Origin: Macrostomum lignano
Lineage: Eukaryota
Reading direction: 5' to 3'
DNA length: 64,000 nt
NCBI GenBank assembly: GCA_002269645.1
Contig: NIVC01000244.1
Location: 80,484-144,483, forward strand
The position numbers and the translations under genes were made by a program. Below the pieces are notes generated by a model. It did no database searches. It was not told where the DNA came from and worked only from the letters and a program-made list of their open reading frames with translations. Positions 1 to 11,887 of this stretch are shown piece by piece (position 1 is the first letter of the stretch; every line of letters starts with the position of its first letter).

Positions 1-1213
1 CTGAGTGACGTCATCCGTTCGGGAAAGTCGCCTCAGCTCGCCGGGCACTGCCTGTTAGCGTCAGATCGCCGATCATCTTGCCGAGAATGCCATCCGGTAA
101 CGGAGCTGATCATCAAGCACCATCACGAACAAGCGTATCACGCCGGCACCAACCAAGTGCTCGCGGCAGTGACTGCTCGATTTTGGATCCCAGCAGGCGA
201 GAGGCAATTCGAGCTTGGGAGGCCAAGTGTGCTGAATGCAAAAGAAGAAAAGCCCAACCAGCTTCACAGTTGATGGCGCCATTGCCTCCAGGTCAGCTAG
301 AACCGTTAAGAGCGTTCACAAGAGTCTCACTCGACTTCGGAGGACCGTTTCTGACGAAGCAGGGTCGGGGACGTGTTCGCAGAAAAGATACTTGGCGCTC
401 TTCACTTGCATGGCCACGCGTGCAGTTCACTTAGAGATGGCGTACGGCCTTGATACAAGCAGCTTCCTAAATGCTTTGTTCCGCATGATCAACCGCCGAG
501 GACAAGTTGAGGAAATTTATTCTGACAACGGAACCAATTTTGTTGGGTTGGCGCGGATAGAGAGCTGAATGAGCTCTGGAAGGCGATGGACAAAAACTCT
601 TTGCAGTCGCGCACATCTCACGTTCGGATTAAGTGGCACTTCAATCCGCCTGCGGCTCCACATTTCGGAGGTGTGCACGAGTCCATGATAAAGTCGGCAA
701 AGAGGGCGATCAATGCGATCCTAAGAAAAGCAGAAGTAACTGATGAGGAGCTTGTGACTGCTTTTTCTGGAGCGGAGTCGTTGCTGAACTCACGGCCTTT
801 GACCTACCAGTCGTCCCATCCTGGTGACGATCCGGTCCTGACGCCAGCGCACTTCCTGTACGGGCACGTTGGCGGACAGCTGGCACCGGAGATCTCGGCT
901 GACGAGGTGTTCAACCCAACCAAGCGGTGGCGCTACGTGCAGCAGCTGGTGCAGTCGTTTTGGCGGCGATGGCTCCGAGACTGGCTGCCCGGCCTCGGTG
1001 CGAGAACCAAATGGCGGCGAGAGCAGCCCGACCTCAAGCCCGGGGACGTCGTGCTGTATGTCTGTCCGGACAGTCCTCGGGGTCACTGGCCTCTGGCTCG
1101 AGTCCTGGAGGTGTACCCGGGTCGAGACGGCCATGTTCGAGTAGCAAAGGTGCAGCTGGCGGACAAGGTTCTGACGGCTAATCAACAGACTGTGCCCATT
1201 GATTACTGATTGA
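1..1213 (+). mobile_element. BEL/Pao LTR retrotransposon pol 3' end (integrase Zn-binding HHCC, DDE core, DUF5641-type C-terminus), split by several frameshifts
   Basis: Across frames: HHEQAYHAG...RFWIP...KCAECKRRK; LDFGGPF; [17 protein letters not shown]; [11 protein letters not shown]; WHFNPPAAPHFGGVHESMIK; LNSRPL; PVLTPAHFLYG; WRRWLRDWL; WPLARVLEVYPGRDGHVRVAKV; shifted RLINRLCPL then TGA 1211-1213. These are hallmark Pao integrase motifs. Confidence 0.95.
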
Positions 1214-1811
1214 AGGCTGACTATGACTCACTGATTGATGGACTGTTAATCCCCGTGTCGATTCGTATTTTCATTTTCGTCAATTTGTCATTATCATTTT
1301 TGTCACTTTCTAGACAGCGTTTTTTTGCGGTGTGCGAATGATTGTTTAGTTTTAGTTTGTTTGTTTATCAAATACGTTTGTTCGGTCATGTTTAAATTTT
1401 GAGTTTGGTGTTTGCCTTCATAATTTAGGTTGTTAATTTTTTAAATCGATTATTATTTATATCGTAGTCCAAATTTAACCATGTCGCATCGCAATTTCAC
1501 GTTGTCCTTTGTCTTGTAATCACATCACTCTCTGGTAATGGGTTGATTGTCTTAAAATCATTTTTCGTGAAATGCAACTGCAGTTTATGTTTCGAACTCA
1601 AGCGCGTTTCTTTTCTTTTTCTACATTTTCGGCTACTGTAACAGAGCCCAGCAAGACAATTTTGTTTAGTCAAGTTTTGTACAAGTACGAAATGCGTAAG
1701 TTCTGCGTCGTAACTTCTTCTGCATCTTTATTTCATAGGTTTGCTTCCACTGCCACTCATTTTCAAAATTACATTTTTGCATCATTATTTTGTTTTTGCC
1801 ATAGACATGTC

Positions 1812-2124
1812 AAGGTGGGGGGTATGTTCTGGAGCTGCCACTGTCTCGTGGTATTTCTTAAACTTTTCGTTTGCAATAGCTACATGTACGTTCAATTAGA
1901 CTAACATATTTATTTTGCTCATACGTACAGTCCCTAATTATTGATCGCACCACTTTCATTCTTCACTGATCGCCCCACTCCACATTACGCTCACGTGTAT
2001 TGTACGCTTTCACTCAGCTCATTAAATATATCGACCCAGAGCATCTCGCTCAAGCCTTTTCGTTTCATCGTTTCAATAGCGCAGCATATAGTTTGTCTTT
2101 CATCTCGAGTTATTCTAGCAACCA
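1812..2124 (+). mobile_element. Polypurine tract and probable 3' LTR of the BEL/Pao element (right boundary approximate)
   Basis: AAGGTGGGGGGTA (1812-1824) is directly followed by TGTT at 1825, with ATTAAA near 2020. The 5' LTR is not in the window, so the end cannot be confirmed. Confidence 0.55.
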
Positions 2125-2148
2125 GGCGTTGACTGACCACCTTGTATC

Positions 2149-3708
2149 GGTTTTGACAATCAATATGAGAAAATGGACAATCAAAATGAAAAAATCCGTA
2201 GATCTGCATGCAGCAGCTCAGCTCAGCTTCACAGCAGCTGCGGCTTAGGCCATAGACTTTTTGACGATCGAAATGAGAATTGGACAATCAAAATGGCAAC
2301 AGGAGTGCACGTTTATTGAATGAAATTTTAACAATAGAAACGAGAAATTGACAACAGAAATGACAACACAGTAAAATGATGGAAACACAGCAGTCCAGCA
2401 GCATAGGTTCAGAACTCCTGCCCAGCAAGGCAGCGTCCAAGCTGACGGAAGCAGCGCAATTCCCACGCAGCTGCCTTGTCCGGAGTCACGGCTTCAGGCA
2501 ATGACTCACGCGCCACTCTCTCCAGCAGCATGTAACGCCACTCTTCCTGGTTCACACCTTCTGGGGAAACTGCCTCTTCCTCAACGATGTCAGGCTGCGC
2601 CAGTCTGCTTTTGATCTAGGCCTTGAGGCAACTGTTGGCGAATTCCGAAGGGTTCAGAAAAGTTGAATATCCCGGAAGAATGCGGATGGACACAGCGTGC
2701 TGCAGATGTTGCGGAATGCGCGCTGCTCGATGGAAATGCGGACCGTCCATCACGACAATCCACGAAGCCGCAGCATCAAGACGGTGGCATTCCTCGCTCA
2801 GTTCGTCGATGAAGATCTGAAATCTGGCGTTCGTCTGGCCTCCTCGGAACACCGATGAGTGCACGAGGCCAAACTCAGCGATTATCGCCATGCAAACAGT
2901 CACATTTGGTCCGCGCTGCGTTGTGACCCTTCGCCTGACCTTTTCACCTTTCAGGCTGCGACCCTGTGATCGTCTGGTCCACAAATTGAATCCCGTTTCA
3001 TCGAGAAACACCAACCGTACTGCAGGGTCCAAATTCAGCACGAACTCTGCGTACTCTCGCCGAGCCTCAATGTTCTCCTGGCTGTTCGTTCTCGAGCGCA
3101 CATCCGTGCCCTTGGTGGCCAGCTTAACTGTCTACATCAGTCCCTGTAGAGTTCTGTCCACAGTTCTGTACGAGATGTCCAGTTTGTCCGGTAAATTGTT
3201 GTTGACCCGCTGTGCCATCTCGCTCAGGGTGAGGAACGGGTTGCGGTTCACCTCTGCTTCCAGAAATTCACGAATCTCCTCATCCACCTTGCACCTTGCT
3301 TCTTTTCAGCCTCCACGAGGCATACCGTTCATCCTTCCCTCATTCCTGTACAGCCTCACGATGCGATGAGCAGCTGAACTTGACAGCTGAAGGATTATTG
3401 CTGCGTCCTTGACCGGTGTGCCTCGATCTATTGCCTCGATGAGCCGACGTCTGTCATCTGAACTCACAGGTGGTGCCATCACCAGCAAACTGGAGAGATG
3501 GCTGAGAAAGATGGCTGGCTAATGCTTAAATGTGCTGCCTCGCTAAACTAACCGCGCGTTGCCATTTTGATTGTCCAATTCTCATTTCGATCGTCAAAAG
3601 TCTATGGCCTAAGCCGCAGCTGCTGCGAAGCTGAGCTGAACTGCTGCATGCAGATCTACGGCTGTTTTTATTTTGATTGTCCATTTTCTCATATTGATTG
3701 TCAAAACC
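2149..3708 (-). mobile_element. IS630/Tc1/mariner-superfamily DNA transposon with ~150-bp terminal inverted repeats
   Basis: TIR 2149-2300 is the reverse complement of 3558-3708. TA follows the right end; TC precedes the left end. The element encloses a transposase pseudogene. Confidence 0.9.
2406..3479 (-). pseudogene. IS630/Tc1-like DDE transposase pseudogene with two in-frame stops
   Basis: One frame: MAPPVSSDDRRRLIEAIDRG (HTH), TGA at 3306-3308, then VFLDETGF, VVMDGPHFH, LPGYSTFLNPSE, TAG at 2616-2618; coding-like sequence continues to about 2406. Confidence 0.88.
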
Positions 3709-3833
3709 TATATTAATATGCATATAAGGACAAAACAGCCATGCATTGGCTATTCACGTATAACTATTTTAAACAAGAAATCTCTGCTTAGAATTTCTGA
3801 TTAGAAGCACAAGAAATCGTTTACATTAACAAC

Positions 3834-4022
3834 CTTGCCGGCGACGCCGATCTCCGACTCCATCATGGTCGGGTCCATGACCACGCTGTCAAACTCAATG
3901 GAGCCCTCGAGGCTGGCGGCCCGCTCAGAGTCTGGACAGGAACCGTTCAGCGGCAGGTCGGTGAAGATCAGCCCGATTTGAATCCAGAAATATTTTGGCC
4001 CGTAGGCGCCCAGGCTCTTGAT
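3834..4022 (-). CDS. Gene B coding exon 6
   Basis: [18 protein letters not shown]...LEGSIEFDS; 189 nt. Confidence 0.88.
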
Positions 4023-7000
4023 CTGGGTTTGCGGGGGTAACGAAATGGCTTTTTAATGAGCTTGGATAATCCTCAAAGCTTCAATTTAAATGCTTGCTTC
4101 AGATCATGCATGTAGCATGTTTTCTGTGTGATGAAGCTTCTATTGATAGCTTCGATATTTTTTTATCCTGTGTTTAGTGAAGCCTAAAAGTTAATTAAAG
4201 AATTGCGGGACTAGAAAACTGTAAAATTTTTCGTTTTTTCTACTGATTTATTTTCTGTCAGTCTCATGTCATTAAGATTGTAACTCATACGGCTTGATTT
4301 TTCCACCTGACTGAGCCTGTCTAGTTAGTAAGAGGCTCTAAATTTAACAATTAGCAGATGCTGTTAAAAATCACGTTAATTAGCATTTGCATCCACATTT
4401 GCATTCGCGTTTCAATTTAAATTTGCATCTGCATTTGCGTCCGCATCAACACACGCGTCCACATCCGCATCCGCATCCGCATCCGCATCCGCATCCGCAT
4501 CCGCATCCGCATCCGCATCCGCATCCACACCTGCATCCACATCTGCATCCTCATCCACATCCACATCCGCATCCATACCCACATCCGCATCCTCATCCAT
4601 ATCCACATCTGCATCCATATCTACATCCGCATCCTCATCCACATCCACATCTGCATTCACATCAGCATCCACATCCGCATCCTCATCCACATCTACATCT
4701 ACATCCACATCCGCATCCTCATCCTCATCCTCATCCTCATCCACATCCACATCTGCATCCGCATCCGCAGTTTGAGTGCAGTTGAAACATTTCAAAACCT
4801 GCATTCCTGCTGGACTTACCACGCACTCTAATCTCTTGCCGTAGTCTTCGAACGGAGCGATGCGAATCGCTATGAAGATTCGATAGTTGCTCTTCTGCAG
4901 TCGATGTCGATTTTTTTACAAAATTTTAAATGTGTAATGCAAGGTAAAATTAGGCAGGTGAAAAAGGCAAAAGTAGAAACAAACCAGCAAAGTAGAAATG
5001 GACTCCGTGGGATCGCCTTTGAATATCATCTTCTGATAGGACGTTATATTGTTTCTTTGCAAAGCGTCTTCCAGTTTCCAGGCAATCTGAATACGAGGGT
5101 ATTGCAAGTTATTATTTTGACTACTAAGAAGTAATGCGCGCTCGTACAGTATTTTTTATCAATATACTCGTAAAACTAGCCTAGTGCAGGTGCGAATCAC
5201 TTCTAGCCTATACGATATGTAACATGTTACAAGCGTCATAGTCTTACGTGAGTGAACCTACGTGAGTACGAGTAATCTATTGTACAAGACAAGCACATCT
5301 CAACTCACCGGATAGACAATCTCGTTGTCAGACGTTATCAAGCCGATCTTCTTCCAGCCGAATCGCTTCAACAACTCGATGGTGGGCTGAATGAACAGGC
5401 TGTTGGTAATTGGCATACGAATGTAGAACGGGTAGGAGGACTTGTCGCTCAGCGCTGGTGAGGTATTCGCGTAGCCAATCTAAAATGGTTTCCGAATGAT
5501 TTACTTTACATCTTTCTTGAGAGTTTGCGACTAATGGGGATCTAAAGAGATAAAATTGCACTAGTTTCATGAAAATGAGCCATCATGGTATTTATAGGAA
5601 AGGGCAGATGCAGAAGGAATCGAGACCAGTACAGATAAATTTTTGAAGCAAGAGAAAGTCTAGTGAGTACTCATATCTGCGAGCACCAGAGAAGTTCCAC
5701 TCAAGTGAATGCTAATCAAGAGTCGTAAATGACAGGAATCATTATTGCTAATGCCAGATAATCCGAGCTCTTACCTGTTAGTATATAAACTCTCACTACT
5801 GCTTCCAATCGTATTGTCAAAGTTTTTGTCACAAGAAAATTTTAGATGCTAGATGAGACGATCCTTGAAAAGCAAATCCTATTTGGCTGATAAGTGCTTT
5901 CTGCTTCGTTCGATTTTCTTCTTTATCCGCTCACTACTATTGCCGATTGCACCGATCCGGGCATTGAAATGTGACCATTGAATTTTACTTGCATATCTAC
6001 GAGCTATCAGGGTTGTCTATTTAAAAATATACAAGACCTAAGTTTGTTTCTCTGACTTCCTGACAGGATGCTTAGCACTTACTTGTCACATATTTGAGAT
6101 AGATGGCCAGTGAAATAATAGTAATAGCTAATAATAATAATAATAAAATTAATAATAATAACAGAAATAATATTAATAATAATAGTAATAATAATAACAA
6201 TAATAATAATAATTCACTACACCTGCCCTAATGGCGACGCATCTGAAGCCTGCGTACGGCTGTTCAGTCTAAGGACTGGGGGGGGGGGTCGCCGCACACA
6301 CCCTCGGCCTCAATTACCCCAGCTAATACTGGCACCCATTTTACAGCTTAGTGAACTGAAGCAATGCAGAGTTAAGTGTCGTGCTTATAAGGACACAAAC
6401 TGTTCCGAGTGGGATCGGGAATGGAACCCTCGACCTTCAAGTCGTGAGTCCGATGCTCTAACCCCTAGGCTACAGCCCCTGTGAAAACAATCGACTGAAT
6501 TGATGGTAGCTAGCGAGAATTTATTTGCCTTGAGTAAAATGATTCGCTTCTGGATTCAAAGAAATCTTCTCGAGCAGGGCTAATGCTGATGAATGTGACA
6601 TCAAAGGGGAAATTCCGCATTGAAATTCTAGCCCATGCCTGTGCGACTGCAATTAGACTGCGATATCTATAGCTGGCAATCGAGGAGGCAATCTAGCTGG
6701 TATATATATCATAATTTGAATGAGGCTGTGATCTTAACAGCATATTCTCTTGAATCTTGACCGAATGAGAAATTTATGAGCCACATGCAGCATCTCTGCG
6801 GTATGAGCTGTTGAGGACGTGAGAGTGATCGAGATGAGAGTGGAGAGGGTGAAAGCTGGAAAACGGTAGCAATGTTGTGAATACAAAAAAGTAAGCTGAC
6901 AAACGTTTTCATTATCATGGCAAGCTCGTCGCAAATTTCACAGCTCAATTAGACTCACCTGTGGCAGGTAATAGTACTTGGCAATGTCTGCAACAATCTG

Positions 7001-7823
7001 CGACTGCTGCGAGAATGCTGCACCCAGAATTAGGGCTTTGTTTGGCGGCTGCAGGTATCCGTCTATGAATGCCTTGGCGGCGCTGCCAGTGGCCTCCTGT
7101 GCGCAGGTATTTAAAGCAGAAAAGAACAGAAGGTGAAAACAGGAAAATATTTTTCTGCTAGAAAACAGGCAGAGTTCCTGCAAAATGTATTTTGTAGGTT
7201 GCCGTAGTTCCCAATTACCCTTTTTAGACTCTTTCTTCATAAACCTTCGTTTCTGTATTTGTATTTCCTAAATATTTTAATTTTAGAACTATAAGAACTG
7301 AACAGCTCTTAAAGATGAAATAAATTAAACCTCTCAGGGGAGTTTTGGGCAACTTGGGCAACGCCTTTGGCGATATCGGCCTACACTGATGCAATTCTAC
7401 TCATTCCGCTGACTCCTATCCGTAGGTACGCACTCATACAGCAGCTTTGTAGCCCTAAATTTCAAACTGTCTGGCGCGTACACCTTCTGTGCTTTTAGGA
7501 GCACGGAGTCAAACCAGGGGTCGCGGCGTGAGAGGCTCTGCCCCTCAATCAGTTTTGTTATCGTGGAATGCTATGCACGCGCGGTAGGAACCAAAGCTTA
7601 CCGACAAAGCCAGTTTGGTAGTACAACTGAGTTGAAATCCGGGAAACAGGTGACTGAGATTGTTGTTGATGTAAGAAAAAGAGAAGTTGAAATAGGCGGA
7701 GTCGGTGGCGAAACTCGAGGATGTGGAGCTGATGCAGAGAAGATGCACAATCTGCCTGTCGTCAGATGCTCCGCCAGCTGCTGCCAGGAGCAGCAGAATT
7801 AGCAGAGTTACCTGCTTGAGCAT
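3834..7823 (-). CDS. Gene B: GABA-B-receptor-like class C GPCR, 5' part (signal peptide plus Venus flytrap domain); 3' exons lie left of the window
   Basis: Phase-0 GT-AG exons 7823-7602, 7096-6959, 5479-5309, 5086-4985, 4894-4820, 4022-3834. Motifs [25 protein letters not shown] and [13 protein letters not shown] align to the GABA-B1/B2 ectodomain. Confidence 0.88.
4440..4770. repeat. (CATCCG/CATCCA)n degenerate hexamer microsatellite in gene B intron 5
   Basis: Visible tandem hexamers; source of the His-Pro and Asp-Ala artefact ORFs. Confidence 0.95.
4820..4894 (-). CDS. Gene B coding exon 5
   Basis: [25 protein letters not shown]; 75 nt; donor GTAAGT. Confidence 0.85.
4985..5086 (-). CDS. 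Gene B coding exon 4
   Basis: [14 protein letters not shown]...[12 protein letters not shown]; 102 nt. Confidence 0.85.
5309..5479 (-). CDS. Gene B coding exon 3
   Basis: [22 protein letters not shown]...[13 protein letters not shown]; 171 nt; AG and GTGAGT. Confidence 0.92.
6222..6478 (-). mobile_element. tRNA-derived SINE family 1, copy 1, with (AAT)n tail at 6115-6215
   Basis: Reverse-complement homolog of 52215-52461; tRNA-like A and B boxes at the 5' end. Confidence 0.85.
6959..7096 (-). CDS. Gene B coding exon 2
   Basis: [10 protein letters not shown]...[24 protein letters not shown]; 138 nt, same size as gene A exon 2. Confidence 0.88.
7602..7823 (-). CDS. Gene B coding exon 1 (signal peptide)
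   Basis: [20 protein letters not shown]...HLFPGFQL; donor GTAAGC; 222 nt. Confidence 0.8.
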
Positions 7824-8247
7824 GACGCCGCAGCTCGTCGACTTCAAGGTTAGCAACACGGCAGCCGGAGCAATGGAGTTGCCTTATAGCTCTCGATCTA
7901 TGTATGCTAGCTCTTTATGGGGTTGTCGGCGCTCCCTTATTGGCCAGCTGGCTTTTAATACGGGCTGGATACGCTTCCTTTTGATGCAGCTCTTTTCATG
8001 TCTTCCTTGATTGCTACTCATTTTGATATCCGCGGCTCTTTGTCGGATATTGCGTGCGAATTAAATTGGTTTTGCTGAGAAAGTACTGACTTATTTGTTA
8101 GTAGCTATGTCGCAGGGCCGCATTTATATGATAGAATTCCCACTGGTTCAGCATGTTCATTACCAGAACTGCAAGTTAATTAAATTTTTCGGCGGATGGT
8201 TGTTCTACACATGCATGCAGCTGAACTGACTGCTTGCCCACCTGTGA

Positions 8248-8620
8248 AGGGGGCCGTAGCCCAGCGGTAGCGCAGCTGCTCTGGTGTGCCGGCGACCAAG
8301 GCTCGATTCCAAGTGCAGTCACATTAATTTGGGGCTGAATTGGAATCTCGGCTTGGCTCTGCTCGTGCAATTAACGGCCTTGAGAGCGAACCCCCAAGGC
8401 GCAGTGAAGTGTACATGCCTAACGATAATATAAAGTTACATGTAGGGCCGCTGTACACTCCTGTGTGAGTGTGTGCCTGCGTACGTATCCGCGCGCTTGT
8501 ATGCCTGCTCAGGGGAGTCAGCGGAATGGGCAGTAATAGTAATGCCTCTCGCCGGTTGTGTGTTGATGTCGCTTAAAGTGCGCCAGGGTGCACACAACCC
8601 CTGCCTCTAGTAAAAAAAAA
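8248..8620 (+). mobile_element. Full-length tRNA-derived SINE family 2 with poly(A) tail and 14-bp TSD
   Basis: A box TAGCCCAGCGGTAG, B-box-like GGCTCGATTCC, A9 tail. TSD TTGCCCACCTGTGA at 8234-8247 and 8621-8634. Related partial copies at about 53095-53245 (-), 34590-34745 (-) and 7350-7440 (-). Confidence 0.88.
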
Positions 8621-9504
8621 TTGCCCACCTGTGAGGGAGTGGTCAATTTATAGATAGGTAGCAGCTCTGATCTGAGCTACAGAAATACAGGATGCGAGTA
8701 ATGGAAGCAAGTACACAAAACATTTACCGCACAAATGCAGCGGGTCAGGCGTATTTCTTTATTCTGATGATACGCGACAAAACCTTTTGTAAGCAAGCTT
8801 CTTAGTCAGAACGCTCTGTTCCAAACTGAGAACAATTGCTGGACTTATAAAAAGTATTAAATACCTGAGTGGCGGCTTAGCTCGTGAGTTTTCATTGATG
8901 CAATCGACAATTGCATCGTTTTCACCTGTTTAGCTGGTATTTCAAAGAGCTAAGCCTAGTGTATGTATTGTAGGTGTATAGAAATTCGCATCTCTGCTCC
9001 ACAGGCCTTTCATTGCTGATGTTCTTTCAGCCTTTAATGAAGTTCCTTCCAGTTTGTTCAACAGCGCCAGCTCCAACAGGTTTGAAGTTCGAGTTTGGGT
9101 TCAGAACCAACAGTCGACAATACGGACGAAACGCTTCTCGTGCTCTAGTACAGGTGAAATAAAACTGAAAATCATGTATCTCGCTAAAGCATTATGAAGC
9201 TTAAAAAAATTCCATAGCACAGCAGACGAGATCAGAACCGGAAGGCAACTCCAGTGCCTTTCGTGTTGATTCTAGCGTGCTCAAGTTTCACTACCAAACA
9301 AGTGAACAGATGCGCCCTACTCAGATGAGCAGCGAGTCCTGCATTGTGCGAGTCACTTGTTCAACAAAATTTAGCAAAGTTCTATTTAAGCTTTTCTAGG
9401 CTATTGAGCCCTTTAATTGAAATACCTCCTGGTCTAAAAATGAAATGGCTGAGTCATTTTTTAAATTGCATTTGACTCAGCCCACCAAGCGCATGGTGAG
9501 AGAT

Positions 9505-9640
9505 GATCAGGAGAGGGTAGGTCAGAGGAAAAGGGCGGATCAGGAGAGGGTAGGTCAGAGGAAAGGGGCGGATCAGGAGAGGGTAGGTCAGAGGAAAGGG
9601 GCGGATCAGGAGAGGGTAGGTAGAGGAAAGGAGCGGATCA
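9505..9640. repeat. 33-bp purine-rich minisatellite, about 4 copies
   Basis: GATCAGGAGAGGGTAGGTCAGAGGAAAGGGGCG units. Confidence 0.9.
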
Positions 9641-10636
9641 TGAAAAAGAGGTCAGATAATAGGATTAAATATTTAAATTATCTACTAGAGCCGATTTGAA
9701 AGAGTCCAATGAAATTCAACAGCCGGTACGTGCATCGTGAATACTGTTGGTTCAAATAAAAAGCCAAAAAGTGAACACTGAAACGATTTGACTAAGAAAA
9801 GCAGAAAGCAAGAATGTGTTGTATTTTTATTAACTGTTAGTACGTACTTAAACAACAAACGCTACTTGAAAAAAAACATTTGTTGCCATTTGCTGTTTTG
9901 TGCATTGACTAAACTGACAGATCTTAACACGCTATAGATGGGTACGGTCAATGATACTTTAGAGAGGTTTTGCTTTTCAAGACGTAGAATTTTATACGCT
10001 CCGCTCGTAGTTGGTTAGACAGCAGATGAAAGTGATCAACTAAAAGCATGACAGTGCAATTCGAGACATGGCAACCACTGTCGGTGCTACATTAGAACTA
10101 CGTTAACAGACTATCGATTAGTTCTCGAATTGCACTATTGCACTGTAGAGTGATGTTTTCGGATATGATGATAATATAATTTAAGAATCATAATGAATCA
10201 AGACTTGGGCTGAATACTGTTTTCTATACATAATAGACAACAGTTATTCGTAATGTTACGTTTCGTTTTTTTCTTTGGTTTTTTAAACGCAAACGCAATG
10301 AATTTATGGTAAAAACAGTTGCTCCACAGCATTGCCAGTAAGCTTGATCTACGAGCTACGTGACAATAAATTACACGAGTGGCCCATCAGCGTGGTTTTA
10401 CGCAGCATTGCAATTTTGTCATGCTAAGTTGAAAAACGGAATCCAATGTTGAAAGGCTAATTCAATACTCGAAGACTTACTTGTCTCTCAGCCAGACATC
10501 TGCGGCTGTCTATGGTCCAACCCATCTTTATTCTGCAGGATTTCAACTTTGGGTGCCCGTTTTCTAACTTATAGCTTGACAAAAGCTACAATGTCTGTGC
10601 TGTATGTCTGTGCTATAATGACATTTAACGCCCGAT

Positions 10637-11080
10637 TGTCATTGTTTAACAAGTTGACGATCAATATTCACATTTTTAATGCAGAACAATCCATTACTAC
10701 AAACAATGCATTGTATGTAGGATCGTCAAATAAAAAAACAATGCAAAGAATCAGCGGTCGCAGCACGTGACAACGATTTGTCTATGGCTCGCGCCTACCG
10801 AGCGCAAGCCCTGACAATTTATCCATTGTCAAACTTACTTTAATGCAAATTAGCGGGCAGTTAATGGATAAATAATCAGCGGTCCCAGTGCGTGATAACG
10901 ATTGTCTGGCGAGCGCCGGTAGGCGCGAGCCATAGACAAATCGTTGTCACGTGCTGCGACCGCTGATTCTTTGCATTGTTTTTCTGTTTGACGATCCTAC
11001 AGACAATGCATTGTTTGTAGTAGTGGATTGTTCTGCATTAAAAATGTGAATAATGATCGTCAAATTGCTAAACAATGACA
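10637..11080. mobile_element. Foldback MITE with ~175-bp TIRs flanked by a 13-bp direct repeat
   Basis: About 10637-10810 is the reverse complement of about 10905-11080; TTTAACGCCCGAT occurs at 10624-10636 and 11081-11093. Confidence 0.82.
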
Positions 11081-11143
11081 TTTAACGCCCGATTTTTCTG
11101 TCCCCCTTTGTCAAGGACACAAATGTCTATGGCACAATAATAG

Positions 11144-11246
11144 TAATACCCATGCTTTAAGGGCGTTAATGAGGAATCCTCGGGCGCCTAACGGCCTAAC
11201 GGCGCCCTCTGATTTTCCCAATAACGCCCTTAAAGCATGGGTATTA
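11144..11246. mobile_element. Small MITE-like hairpin with a perfect 25-bp inverted repeat
   Basis: TAATACCCATGCTTTAAGGGCGTTA at 11144-11168 and its reverse complement at 11222-11246. Confidence 0.7.
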
Positions 11247-11298
11247 ATGTACTATTGTGTATAACAAACTGATGGATGAAAAAGAATAGTTATAAAAA

Positions 11299-11887
11299 AT
11301 ATAGTACTTTGCAAGCTAGTAGAGACTACGAGCAAGCAATTTAATCCAAGATAGCAAAAACACATGCATTTTGAGCCTCACTGCTAGTTGTCTATGGTAA
11401 AAGTGTGTCAAACCGGCAGGCAATTCAATCCGTGGAGCACTCATTTAAGCACTGAAATCCATAAACAGCGCTGTCTATGCCGTTCCACTCTCAGTTTTTC
11501 AACATGTCAGACGAAAGTGACCAAGCCAGCACCATTTTTGAAGACATCGACAGAATCGCTGCCGAAGATGCCGGAGCGCCACCTGTGCAGTATGCTAAGA
11601 TTAGCGACGAAAAGCATAGAATGATAATCGACGCTATCGACGGAGGGGATAACAACAGAAGCATTGCCAACTTGGCACGCAGGCAAGAATTCGCACAGGC
11701 TGTATCGCTGGGGAGGTGATTATGTAACTCCTCCTTGTAGGTGAGTGCTCCAAGGATTGAAGTGCCTGCCGGTTTGACACACTTTTTACCATAGACAACT
11801 AGCAGTGAGGCTCAAAATGCATGTGTTTTTGCTATCTTGAATTAAATTGCTTGCTCGTAGTCTCTACTAGCTTGCAAAATGCTATAT
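11299..11887 (+). mobile_element. Internally deleted Tc1/IS630-like element with ~145-bp TIRs and a remnant HTH ORF
   Basis: Arms 11299-11443 and 11742-11887, TA-rich ends. Internal peptide YAKISDEKHRMIIDAIDGG resembles the transposase N-terminus at 3400-3479. Confidence 0.75.

Noticed and set aside
1572-1904. env-like ORF in the BEL 3' region
   Set aside because: Short, T-rich, without signal-peptide, cleavage-site or TM organisation.
2406-3479. Bacterial IS630 contamination or recent horizontal transfer
   Set aside because: It has long eukaryote-style IR-DR TIRs and is embedded in an intron; no bacterial genes are nearby.
4387-4822. His-Pro-rich and Asp-Ala-rich ORFs
   Set aside because: Hexamer microsatellite inside an intron.
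5328-5570. 80-aa ORF with a superficial resemblance to harmonin-N-like helices
   Set aside because: It is an alternate frame over gene B exon 3, whose correct frame gives [11 protein letters not shown] with proper splice sites.
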